DNA of 32,000 nucleotides from Synechocystis sp. PCC 6803 substr. PCC-P (GTDB lineage Bacteria; Cyanobacteriota; Cyanobacteriia; Cyanobacteriales; Microcystaceae): positions 2,670,001 through 2,702,000 of the forward strand of contig NC_017039.1 in assembly GCF_000284455.1 (NCBI RefSeq), read 5' to 3'. Of this stretch, positions 20,131-28,770 are shown in pieces. The first letter of the stretch is position 1, and each line of letters begins with the position of its first letter. The notes below the pieces were generated by a model. That model searched no databases. It saw nothing but the letters and a program-made list of their open reading frames with translations, and was not told the DNA's origin. Both the position numbers and the translations under genes were made by a program.

Positions 20131-20904
20131 TCACAGGCTCACCTCCGCCACCACAAAACCAACGGCGATCGCCAATACGATTACCGTTAAACCTAAACCC
20201 GTTGAACATTTTCCCTCCGTCCTAGGGCTAGGCTGGGGAGATACAGCTTGGCCATAACCCCGCAGGACCATGGCCTGGTAAACCCGTTGGGACTGTTCAT
20301 AACTCCGTAGTAAAAGATTGCCCAACAAAAAAGCCCACTGTTGTATTGATCGCCGTTTTTGCTGTTGTTGTCCTAGGCCCCGCAGTTGCATTGCTTGGTG
20401 CATGGTACGGAAAGTATTACCAATGTCATAGAGGTAACGGTAAGCCAATAGGGCCATATCTGCCATCAGGGGAGGCAAACCTAAACGGCGCAGGGAATTA
20501 ACCATGGTTAAAAAAGGAGTGGTGCCAAAGAGAATAAAACCCAGGGTAAGAATGGAGAAAAACCTTCCCGCAATGAGCACCATAGCCGTCAATCCTTCCT
20601 GACGAATGGTGAGCCAGCCCCACTGCCCCAGCACTGTTTCCCCACTGACAAAGGGGAGGAGAATAACCGCTGTGAGAATAAATAAACCGGGGTAACTCAA
20701 CCGTTGCAGTAAAAAACTCAGGGGTAAGCCAGACAACCAATAAAGCAAGACAGTGACGCTCACCATGGGCACCATTAACCAAGCTTGCTGCACCATGGCC
20801 AAAGCAAACATCAACGCCATCAGACTAAACAGTTTTTGTCGAGGCTCCCAACCATGAATTGGCGATCGCCCAGGCACATAGGTTTCCAACGTCATTAAAC
20901 CCAT
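20131..20904 (-). CDS. cbiQ: ECF transporter transmembrane component CbiQ/NikQ
   Basis: Polytopic protein with HGWEPRQKLFSLMALMF and AYRYLYDIGNTFRTMHQAMQLRG (coupling-helix region). Confidence 0.88.
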   Translation of the reverse strand: MGLMTLETYVPGRSPIHGWEPRQKLFSLMALMFALAMVQQAWLMVPMVSVTVLLYWLSGLPLSFLLQRLSYPGLFILTAVILLPFVSGETVLGQWGWLTIRQEGLTAMVLIAGRFFSILTLGFILFGTTPFLTMVNSLRRLGLPPLMADMALLAYRYLYDIGNTFRTMHQAMQLRGLGQQQQKRRSIQQWAFLLGNLLLRSYEQSQRVYQAMVLRGYGQAVSPQPSPRTEGKCSTGLGLTVIVLAIAVGFVVAEVSL

Positions 20905-20906
20905 TG

Positions 20907-21551
20907 CTAACTCTCCAGTAATTCCGGTTTAGTCCGTTGCAGAAACAAAACCACCAGGGCAGTGAATATGCCTTCTAGCACAATCAGAGGTACATGGCCC
21001 AACGCCAGCACCATAATCGCTCGGCGCTCAGCGGTGGCATCCAAACCCGTCGGTAAACTGGTGACAGTGAGGGCAATGAAAATTAGCACCGTTAAGGCTA
21101 AACCACTGCTACCCCCCAAAAAAGCAGCAATGCCCATGGCCCAGCGCTCCGGCAGAAACTTTTCTAGCCCATGGCGCAGTTGAAAAATATGATAGGCCGC
21201 CAACGTTGGCAAACCCATCAAAACACCATTAATACCCAAGGTGGTCAGCCCCCCATGGCCCACCATCAAAGCTTGGAAAAAGAGGCCAATTAAAATGGCT
21301 GGCAGAGCAAAATAGCCCAGCATTACCCCCAACAGACCGTTGAGAATTAGGTGGACACTCACCGGCGGCAGGGGAATATAGATAGAGGAAGCAACAAAAA
21401 AAGCTGCGGTCAGCAAAGATGCTTTGGGAATATTTTCCTGGGCATGGCCTTGACGATTAATTTGCCGCAGACAGTACCAAGTGGCTAACCCCGTCACTGC
21501 ATAGCCCCCGGCCACGATCTGGGGTGGCAATAGACCATCGGGAATGTGCAT
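20907..21551 (-). CDS. cbiM: ECF transporter substrate-binding component CbiM/NikM
   Basis: N-terminus MHIPDGLLPPQIV is diagnostic of CbiM/NikM; ALLIGLFFQALMVGHGGLTTLGIN-type segment present. Confidence 0.93.
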   Translation of the reverse strand: MHIPDGLLPPQIVAGGYAVTGLATWYCLRQINRQGHAQENIPKASLLTAAFFVASSIYIPLPPVSVHLILNGLLGVMLGYFALPAILIGLFFQALMVGHGGLTTLGINGVLMGLPTLAAYHIFQLRHGLEKFLPERWAMGIAAFLGGSSGLALTVLIFIALTVTSLPTGLDATAERRAIMVLALGHVPLIVLEGIFTALVVLFLQRTKPELLES

Positions 21552-22082
21552 CTAGGCCCTGCCCTCACCTTTGCTTCTGCTGAAAAATAGGGCAGTACCC
21601 ACAAAACCCCAAATTACGGCCCCTAAAGTGATACCCCGTTGAATGGGAGATAGGGCAGCATTGGCATCCGGTACAGAGGCTACGGTAATTTCTGGAGTGC
21701 CTTGGTTGACACTAGAAGTAAGGGCATTGGCTGTATCGGTGCTATCAACCGCTGTTGTTTCTGGTTGCCAAGGTATGGTGATCATATTTCCGTGGCCCCC
21801 TTGCCGCACTGCCACTTCCCAATTGCCAGGGCGATCGCCTGCTGGAGTAAAAATAAATTTGCCCTCTTTGTCAGTAACCCCCGTTAACCAAGGTTCAGTG
21901 GAATTATTCGGGGCATAGACTAATACTTGGGCTTCGGCCATGGGTTGCCCGGAGTCATAATGGGCCGCCACGGCGATCGCCGCCACCGAATGATGTTCCA
22001 CTTTAACTCCGTGGGCAAGGACGGAGACCGTCTGGGTAAGTATGCCTCCCGCTAAACAAAATAGAGCTAGGTTAAATTTCAT
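21552..22082 (-). CDS. Predicted NikL-like periplasmic/membrane component of the Ni/Co ECF transporter
   Basis: Signal peptide ending AHGVKVEHH, Ig-like region (DKEGKFIFTPAGDRPGNWEVAVRQGGHG), C-terminal TM helix. ATG 22082 preferred to 22136. Confidence 0.7.
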   Translation of the reverse strand: MKFNLALFCLAGGILTQTVSVLAHGVKVEHHSVAAIAVAAHYDSGQPMAEAQVLVYAPNNSTEPWLTGVTDKEGKFIFTPAGDRPGNWEVAVRQGGHGNMITIPWQPETTAVDSTDTANALTSSVNQGTPEITVASVPDANAALSPIQRGITLGAVIWGFVGTALFFSRSKGEGRA

Positions 22083-22087
22083 CGGAT

Positions 22088-22978
22088 TTACAGGTTGAAG
22101 GAAGTGATGGTGGTGAATGCCTTGGTTTGTCGGCAATGGCCTTCCCCCACATGGCCAAGGTTGGCTAAAACTTGTAAAAAGGTTTGATAATCTGCCGCCC
22201 CTAATCGAGCTTGCAAGTCCTGACTATTGAGATCAATGCCCTTTTCCCCGGCCAGGGCTGCTAGGGGATCAAAGCCAAAAGCACTAAGGTTAATGTCGCT
22301 ATCGACGGGTTCTTGTCCGTCCCCAAATAAATGATCTAAATGAAAGGTGGCTTCCAAGTCTGCCTTGCCGCCAGCGGTGAGAATTCCCTTACGTTCATCG
22401 CCCACAAAATCACCGCAGACAAAACCCAACTCCTTCTTTACCCCTAGTTTGAATGGAATAGTCTGACCATCTTTAGTGGCCATTCCCTCCAGTAAAATTG
22501 AGTAACCTTGGGCTGGGCCTTCTGTGGCCAAGGGCATTTGCCAAGATAAAGCGTTAAATTTCCCCGCTGGAGCCGGAGTTTCCCCCACTAAAACCGTTTC
22601 TGCATCTTTTCCCGTCATTGCTAAGTCCACCACTGTAGGTCCTGGCATGGCGATCGCCACGGCGGTTTCCGGCAATGAAGCATCCGTGCTGGCATCAAAG
22701 GCCGACCCTACCTGGTAAGCATTAATGTCCGCCAGGGAAACATAAACGTGATTAAAGTCCAGAACCCAGCCATCCTTGGTGGTCAGACCTTCCCGGGCCC
22801 GTTCTTCTCCGTTGGCTCGCACCGTTAAAGTGCCTTGATTTGCCGAGGGAGAGGCGTTCATTTCCGGGGAGGAAAGATTTTCACCACCACAGCCCGATAG
22901 CAATACGAATAGCAATGATACTAAAGACCACCCACTTTTAAATGGCGATCGCATACTTTTCCTTGGAGGCACAAACAA
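22088..22978 (-). CDS. Predicted NikK-like lipoprotein of the Ni/Co ECF transporter operon
   Basis: Lipobox-like VLLSGCGG; His-rich segments HLDHLFGDGQEP and LGHVGEGHC; first gene of a tightly packed minus-strand operon. Confidence 0.65.
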   Translation of the reverse strand: MFVPPRKSMRSPFKSGWSLVSLLFVLLSGCGGENLSSPEMNASPSANQGTLTVRANGEERAREGLTTKDGWVLDFNHVYVSLADINAYQVGSAFDASTDASLPETAVAIAMPGPTVVDLAMTGKDAETVLVGETPAPAGKFNALSWQMPLATEGPAQGYSILLEGMATKDGQTIPFKLGVKKELGFVCGDFVGDERKGILTAGGKADLEATFHLDHLFGDGQEPVDSDINLSAFGFDPLAALAGEKGIDLNSQDLQARLGAADYQTFLQVLANLGHVGEGHCRQTKAFTTITSFNL

Positions 22979-23346
22979 CGCTCCTAATGTTTTCTTCCCA
23001 TGGTCAAAGGTAAAAAAATTTATTCAACATTGGAAAAATTAAAAGCACAATTTCTACTTAACCTTGGCCGCTTGAAAAGTACAATACCCTCTGGGGGGAA
23101 GGGGGATATGGATTTAACCATTATTTCTTGACAGTACAGCAGGGCAGTTGGACAAACCAAAAGTTATTTAAAACCAAGACCAATGGGGAAGCTCGAAACT
23201 TCTTATCGCACCGGACTTCCAGGGGAAGAGTTTAGACCGCGATCTCTATTCCTAAGGGTAGATTTTGCCCACGGTGGAAAAACCGCTTTTTCCCAGGCTA
23301 ATGCCTCTTCCGTTCGGATTCCTGCCATACATTTTTGTTAACTTCA

Positions 23347-23360
23347 GTAACAATAGATAC
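23347..23360 (+). promoter_or_regulatory. NtcA-type binding site (GTA-N8-TAC) upstream of pirA
   Basis: GTAACAATAGATAC matches GTAN8TAC exactly. It overlaps the -35 position (TAGATA, 23354-23359) relative to TATAAT at 23377-23382 (17-bp spacer). Confidence 0.7.
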
Positions 23361-23376
23361 CGTTCTGGAAATTACC

Positions 23377-23382
23377 TATAAT
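23377..23382 (+). promoter_or_regulatory. -10 element of pirA promoter
   Basis: Perfect TATAAT, 64 bp upstream of the ATG. Confidence 0.6.
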
Positions 23383-23446
23383 TTTATGTTATGTTGAATG
23401 TAAATCTAAATGTAAGTTTTTCACTGCCTTTCGGAGGGTAGAAGTA

Positions 23447-23602
23447 ATGAATAATCGTAAACGTGTTTTGACTCAAACGGCGATCGCCCACAAAGAAACC
23501 CTGCGTCAAAACCTCCAGCACCGTTTAGAGCGGGCACGGGCCGCCGGCAATCAGTCCTTAGTTAGTCAATTGGAAGCAGAAGCTGCTTATCTCCACCTGT
23601 AA
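23447..23602 (+). CDS. pirA: PirA, small PII-interacting regulator of arginine synthesis
   Basis: GGAGGG Shine-Dalgarno then MNNRKRVLTQTAIAHKETLRQNLQHRLERARAAGNQSLVSQLEAEAAYLHL (51 aa), matching my recollection of Synechocystis PirA (ssr0692). Absent from the ORF track (<60 aa). Confidence 0.85.
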   Translation: MNNRKRVLTQTAIAHKETLRQNLQHRLERARAAGNQSLVSQLEAEAAYLHL

Positions 23603-23689
23603 GTTTCCACAAGAATAAGCTCAAAGAATGTCAACAAGAGAGTTGACTGCCAGTTGAGACAAAGTTTGCAAGAAATTTCTAGAGTTAAT

Positions 23690-23721
23690 GGCGATTTATC
23701 CCCGAGATAGGTCGCCTTTTT
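23690..23721 (+). terminator. Rho-independent-type terminator downstream of pirA
   Basis: GGCGATTTATC-CCCGA-GATAGGTCGCC forms an 11-bp RNA stem (two G-U pairs), 5-nt loop, followed by TTTTT. Confidence 0.8.
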
Positions 23722-23951
23722 GCTGGGATCCGCACTACTGACAGCCTGCCCAGGGAAATATTATTTGAACTTTAACCGCCTGATGGTTTTCTAAAAATTT
23801 TGAGCATCAAACTTTAACAGATCTTAAGTCATCATGAGAGCTTTCTGCTCTTTAAAAAAACGCTCAATGTTCTCCCCATAGGGGGGGATGATGGACCATC
23901 CTTTGCTCAGTTCAGACCGAAGTGGAAACTCTTTGCCCTTGGCACAGATAA

Positions 23952-24233
23952 TCACTCAAACTTTTCGGGGCAGACCTGCCGGGAAAACTCGTCCCAACTT
24001 TTTAATAACTCGGCTTCGGTATTTTTTCCGATAGTATCCAAGAGCAGCATAGGAAATAGATGTAGTTGTCGATGGCGATTAAAAGCATCCATTGCCGCCT
24101 GACTTGCTTGGCCACGGGCCACCTCTAGGACCGCCTGACTGCCGCAAATGGTTTCCGCATAGACATTTATCGCCAGTGTCTGATTGAAGTTATCCGGAAA
24201 TTCGAGGGGCTGGAAAAACGCAAACAACATCAC
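23952..24233 (-). CDS. Hypothetical protein (weak)
   Basis: 93-aa open frame in an otherwise empty interval; no recognised motif, weak ribosome-binding site. Confidence 0.3.
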   Translation of the reverse strand: MMLFAFFQPLEFPDNFNQTLAINVYAETICGSQAVLEVARGQASQAAMDAFNRHRQLHLFPMLLLDTIGKNTEAELLKSWDEFSRQVCPEKFE

Positions 24234-24299
24234 ACCAGATTATCTCCCAGGCAGAATAACTTTAGACAATTCCAAACTTAAATCAAGACTTTATGTTAA

Positions 24300-24320
24300 C
24301 TATCTTAAAATACTAGATAG
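24300..24320. promoter_or_regulatory. Inverted repeat at the -35 position of a TATAAT promoter
   Basis: CTATCT-N9-AGATAG perfect 6-bp arms, followed by TATAAT at 24339-24344. Confidence 0.4.
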
Positions 24321-24375
24321 AAAAATTTAAGTAGCGGATATAATTATTTTGCGATCAAACATTGGGGGATAAACC

Positions 24376-24663
24376 ATGAAGGTATTACATTTGGCGCTGA
24401 TGGCAACTTTCTCTGTGGTTTATGCAACCGTTGCTGTCGCCGTTCCCATTACCTACTATGGTCAAAAAGGCGAATATACCGTGGACTACGAAGCGGGAAC
24501 CTACCGAGGCTGTGTTTACGGGACAGGATGTATTAAATTAGGCCGCAATCGCAAGGCCGGCATTTCGACCTGGAAAAATGGAGATTATACTTACTCAATT
24601 AATGACGACACAGTGGAGGTTTACTTAAAAGGTAAATTAATTTTTAAAGATACATTTAATTGA
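24376..24663 (+). CDS. Small exported protein of unknown function
   Basis: Signal peptide MKVLHLALMATFSVVYATVAVA, Tyr/Gly-rich mature region with YTVDYEAGTYRGCVYGTGCIKL; GGGGGAT ribosome-binding site. Confidence 0.7.
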   Translation: MKVLHLALMATFSVVYATVAVAVPITYYGQKGEYTVDYEAGTYRGCVYGTGCIKLGRNRKAGISTWKNGDYTYSINDDTVEVYLKGKLIFKDTFN

Positions 24664-24977
24664 AATTAATCCCTCCATTTATTTTCTTCGATAATAGTTT
24701 TATTGTTGTGAACGATGTATGGAGTGCCGTATTTGATCAAGCATTTGGCATCACTATTTTGGAGAGTATAGACAAAAACTATTTTGGCCTCACGCTATTA
24801 CCGCAATTTCTATTAATAAACTTCCCCTTCTGTTAATGGAATTATCCGTGTTGGTGTTAACCCCTATGTCGGTGGCATTATCGGTTATGAAACGTTTTTT
24901 GCCGTTAAAATCAGATTGGTCTGAACCGGTCGCCCAATTGCCAGTAGCAGTTCGTCAGGGGATTAGGTTGCCCTCAT

Positions 24978-26075
24978 CTAAAGATACTTTGCCAATACTT
25001 CCCTAGTTAAATGTCCAGTTTTTTCCCAGGAAAATTCCCTTGCTCTGGCTAAGCTCTGTTGTTGTAACTGCTGACACAACCGGCGATCTTTCCACACCTG
25101 CTCCATAGCTTGATAAATCTCTTTAATACTGTAGGGATCGACCAATAGAACGGCATCTCCTCCCACTTCTGGTAAGGACGAGACGGAAGAGGTAATTACC
25201 GCCGTGCCACAGGCCATGGCTTCCAGCACTGGAAAACCAAATCCTTCCCATAAAGAGGGAAACACCAAGGCGATCGCCTGGCGATAAAGTTGTCGCAGTT
25301 GGTCATAGCTAACGTAGTCTAAACAATGTACCTCTGTCCCAACCCCCAATTCTGTCGCCAAGGCCATTAATTTGGGAGTGTAACGGCGATCGGTAGGACC
25401 GGCCAAAATTAACTCAATATCTTGGCTGTTGGTATTTTGCACAAATCGAGCAAAGGCTTGAATCAGCCGCCCCACATTTTTGTGCGGATCGTGGCGGCCC
25501 ACAAAGAGAAAGTAGGGCTTTTTCCTTGGGGCTAAATTATCCTGTCCCGGTTGAAAATGTTCCCGGTCATAGCCCAAGGCGATCGCCGTAATTTTACTGG
25601 CGGGAATTTGGAAATAGTCCACCACATCATCGGCTGTGGCTTGGGAATTACACAAAATATGTTCCGCTTGCCCCAGCACCAACGGCAAATAAAACTTGCA
25701 ATAGCTAGTCAGGGGAGATTTCCAGTTGGGAAACCGGAGGGGAATCAAATCATGCACCATCACCACTGTGCGACAATCGGCCCAAAGTGGAGCTTCCGGG
25801 ATGGGGGAAAAAAGCAAAGAACCTTTTAATTGTCGGTAAAGTTCTGGTAGCTGAAACTGGGTCCAAACTAAGCGATTAAAATGGCCCCGACTGCCCTGGG
25901 CTGGGGTGAGATTATTCGGCACAGTTTGGCAGGGAAACTCCGCCACCAACTGGGAAGTTAGTAATGTTGGCTTGAGGGGTTTGAGATGGGGAAAAACATT
26001 ACTGGCATAGACACTCAACCCCGTCGGTTGGGCCAGCAGAAAAGAAAGATTTACTAATAAATGGGAGCCGGTCAT
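24978..26075 (-). CDS. GT4-family glycosyltransferase
   Basis: [68 protein letters not shown]: canonical GT-B/GT4 signature. Confidence 0.92.
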   Translation of the reverse strand: MTGSHLLVNLSFLLAQPTGLSVYASNVFPHLKPLKPTLLTSQLVAEFPCQTVPNNLTPAQGSRGHFNRLVWTQFQLPELYRQLKGSLLFSPIPEAPLWADCRTVVMVHDLIPLRFPNWKSPLTSYCKFYLPLVLGQAEHILCNSQATADDVVDYFQIPASKITAIALGYDREHFQPGQDNLAPRKKPYFLFVGRHDPHKNVGRLIQAFARFVQNTNSQDIELILAGPTDRRYTPKLMALATELGVGTEVHCLDYVSYDQLRQLYRQAIALVFPSLWEGFGFPVLEAMACGTAVITSSVSSLPEVGGDAVLLVDPYSIKEIYQAMEQVWKDRRLCQQLQQQSLARAREFSWEKTGHLTREVLAKYL

Positions 26076-26084
26076 GGCACTGAC

Positions 26085-26915
26085 CTATTTTTTGCCGGGG
26101 ATGGGGCCCCGTCGCCCTTGGTCGTAGCTAGATTTCTGCAAAAAGCATTGGAAATGTTGCACGTAGGGATGGGCGGCCGATCGCCCTAATTCTTCCAAGG
26201 CCTGTTGGTAGGGGGTGTCAGAACGATAAATTAACCGAAAAGCTTGTTTTAACGCACTCAAATCCTCCGCCGACATACCGGAACGTTGCAGGCCGATTAA
26301 GTTTAAAGAACGCACCCGAGAAGGATTACCTTCAACAATGGTAAAAGGAGGCACATCCCGTTCAATGCGACTCATGCCCCCCACCATGGCCAAGCGACCA
26401 ATGTGGACAAATTGGTGCACTCCTAAAACGCCGCTGATTCTTGCCTGGGATTCAATATAAATGTGCCCTGCCAAAGCTACGGAGTTGGCAATAATTACTT
26501 CGTTTTCGATCACACAATTGTGGGCCACATGAGCATAGGCCATCAGCAAATTGCGATCGCCGATGCGGGTCACTGCTCCTTCTTCCGTAGCCCGGTTAAT
26601 GGTGACGTATTCCCGAATTTGGTTATCGTTGCCGATTTTGACCCAACTTTCTCCCCCCTTATATTTCAAATCCTGGGGTTCACAACCGATCACTGCACCG
26701 GGAAAAATTCGATTGCCCGTACCAATTTCCGTGGGGCCTTCCACCACCACATGGGGACCAATGACCGTATTAGCTCCAATGGTGACTTTCTCTCCAATCA
26801 CACTAAAAGCCCCCACCTGAACTGTGGCGTGTAACTGGGCTTGGGGATGGATGATGGCCGTTGGATGGATAGATGGGGACAAGGTCGCTTCTCCCAAGCG
26901 GTTATCAGTCAACAT
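26085..26915 (-). CDS. lpxA: Acyl-ACP--UDP-N-acetylglucosamine O-acyltransferase
   Basis: Left-handed beta-helix hexapeptide repeats and diagnostic LMAYAHVAHNCVIEN / GHIYIESQARISGVLGVHQFVHIGRLAMVGG / GNPSRVRSLNLIGLQR. Confidence 0.93.
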   Translation of the reverse strand: MLTDNRLGEATLSPSIHPTAIIHPQAQLHATVQVGAFSVIGEKVTIGANTVIGPHVVVEGPTEIGTGNRIFPGAVIGCEPQDLKYKGGESWVKIGNDNQIREYVTINRATEEGAVTRIGDRNLLMAYAHVAHNCVIENEVIIANSVALAGHIYIESQARISGVLGVHQFVHIGRLAMVGGMSRIERDVPPFTIVEGNPSRVRSLNLIGLQRSGMSAEDLSALKQAFRLIYRSDTPYQQALEELGRSAAHPYVQHFQCFLQKSSYDQGRRGPIPGKK

Positions 26916-27088
26916 TAATCTCTCGGAATGGGGGATAATCGGAGCAGGGACAAGGGCAAATAACTTCCCCATAGATTAGCAGGCATTGTACCCCTGGAGT
27001 GACCCCCGGTGGCTTGATCTTCTCTGCAACTCTGACTACAATCCAGTGGTCTGGTGATGGTGTCAATTTCGTCTTGGTGTTAACCCGT

Positions 27089-27682
27089 ATGCTTAGCTCT
27101 ATCGGTTCTAACGGCTCTAAACATAGCTTTAAAAATTATTTCCAACAACTCCGTCGTCCCTTTGCTCCCATTGGTTGTGGCCTGTTGATGGCCAGCGGTA
27201 TGGTTTTTGCCCCGATCGCCGCCGTGGCTGGGGACTGGAACCAGTTTGATGTTTGTGTGACGGAACTGAAAAGAAACGGAGTTAGTGATGATGCGGCCGC
27301 TTCTGGTTGCTCCCAGGCGATTATTCCCAAGGAAATGTCCCAATGCGTCAACATGATCAGCCGTAACACCAACATTACTGGCATTGTGGCTCTGCAATCC
27401 TGTTTTCAAGTGCGTCGCCCGGTGGATTTGGGTAATTGTGTAGTGGATATTGACCGGGGCGTAGTGGGACGGAACCGTTCCCCCGAAGGGGAAGATGTCA
27501 CCATGGCGGCCCTCAATAGCTGTCGCCAAAGTTTACTGCCAGGTCGCCATTCGGAATGTGTGCTGGCCCTGAGTCGGGAAGTTTCCGATTTCACTCCCCA
27601 AAAAGCGATGAATACCTGCCTAGCCGCAGAGGATTTCCCCCGGGATCTTTTCCCTGCCTACAGTGAAACCCAACCAAATTAG
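27089..27682 (+). CDS. Predicted exported Cys-containing protein, function unknown
   Basis: Internal Met/signal-like FAPIGCGLLMASGMVFAPIAAVAG, then evenly spaced Cys residues. The ORF track starts at 26999; ATG 27089 is a plausible start. Confidence 0.6.
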   Translation: MLSSIGSNGSKHSFKNYFQQLRRPFAPIGCGLLMASGMVFAPIAAVAGDWNQFDVCVTELKRNGVSDDAAASGCSQAIIPKEMSQCVNMISRNTNITGIVALQSCFQVRRPVDLGNCVVDIDRGVVGRNRSPEGEDVTMAALNSCRQSLLPGRHSECVLALSREVSDFTPQKAMNTCLAAEDFPRDLFPAYSETQPN

Positions 27683-27895
27683 GAGAGCTTTAAATTAACC
27701 TTCAATGCCAGTCTGGCTAAAAAACTTAATTTCTCAAGAAAATCTCAATAAAACCTTGGATAGTTTGGGAAAGACTTTGAATATAGTTTTCCCAAGCTTT
27801 CTAGTAACATCCAGCCAAATTGACAATACCTATTTATTCAAGGCATGGTCTATAAAGACTAAGCTAACCTGTTACTTATTCAGCTTTCCCTGAAA

Positions 27896-28645
27896 ATGAG
27901 CCAATCACCAATTCTGTTTTTCCAGCATGGTATGGGTGAAAGCAATCAAAATATGCAAATTTTGGCGGGAAGAGTTGCTTCAGAAAACGCATATGTTGTT
28001 GTTCCTAACTTAAACCTGCTCACTACTTTTTTAAATCTTGATCCCCTCATTGAAGTAGTGGAACGCTCTGCAAGTGAGACTCTGAATGATTTTCCTCAAT
28101 CTACTTTCAGTGTGGTCGGCTTTTCCATGGGGGGCATTCTTTGGGTGGAAGTTTTATCTAGAAATCCATCTTGGCTAGAACGCTTAGATGCCTTGGTTTT
28201 AATAGGTTCACCAATCCAAGGAGCATCTTTGGCAAGAACAGTAGATCTGTTTGGTTGGGGGATTGGTATTGCTCAAGAGTTGGGACGCAATCGTCAATAT
28301 TTAGCGGAAAAAATCACACAAAAGATACCAACTTTAGTGATTGCCGGAAGTGTTAATGGTGGTGGTGATGGTGTTATTCCTATCGAGTCAACCAGGCTAA
28401 ATGGTACTCATTTTTTTACACGGAACAATGTAAAGCATCAAGATCTACCTATAGATCTAATCATCGGTGAAAAAGTTAAGTCGTTTTTATTACATCCATA
28501 TCTAATTCCATCTGAGAATTCTAGAATAACCCGATTAATTGATCATTTTGAGCATGTAGAAGGAATGACACCGGCTGACGAAAGAGATTTTCCAAGAGCA
28601 ACCATTAGCCATACATTCTCTGACGGTATTACCCTGCGAGAGTGA
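27896..28645 (+). CDS. Alpha/beta hydrolase (lipase-like)
   Basis: ILFFQHGMGESN (oxyanion-region HG), VVGFSMGGILW (GxSxG nucleophile elbow), VIAGSVNGGGDGVIP (acid region) and downstream His. Confidence 0.8.
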   Translation: MSQSPILFFQHGMGESNQNMQILAGRVASENAYVVVPNLNLLTTFLNLDPLIEVVERSASETLNDFPQSTFSVVGFSMGGILWVEVLSRNPSWLERLDALVLIGSPIQGASLARTVDLFGWGIGIAQELGRNRQYLAEKITQKIPTLVIAGSVNGGGDGVIPIESTRLNGTHFFTRNNVKHQDLPIDLIIGEKVKSFLLHPYLIPSENSRITRLIDHFEHVEGMTPADERDFPRATISHTFSDGITLRE

Positions 28646-28770
28646 GTCAATCCTGTGGGTGTTAGGCATATTTTTATTGCAGATGTAACCGGCAAATGTC
28701 AATTTTCTGGCTTTACTGGATGGGTACATAATAAAGCCCTTAAAAGAGCCATCTTGGTAGCACAGAATTT

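Noticed and set aside
22979-23200. Cobalamin or metal riboswitch leader for the Ni/Co operon
   Set aside because: Read on the minus strand I found no B12-box-like or other recognisable riboswitch core; a covariance search would be needed to exclude it.
24836-25006. Plus-strand 56-aa ORF MELSVLVLTPMSVALSVMKRFLP...LPILP and a preceding GTG frame VNDVWSAVFDQAFGITILES...
   Set aside because: No ribosome-binding site and overlap with the glycosyltransferase 3' end; more likely decayed or random sequence. Not enough evidence to call a pseudogene.
27705-27893. 62-aa ORF MPVWLKNLISQENLNKTLDSLG... before the hydrolase
   Set aside because: Low-complexity, hydrophobic tail and no motif; probably the hydrolase 5' region.
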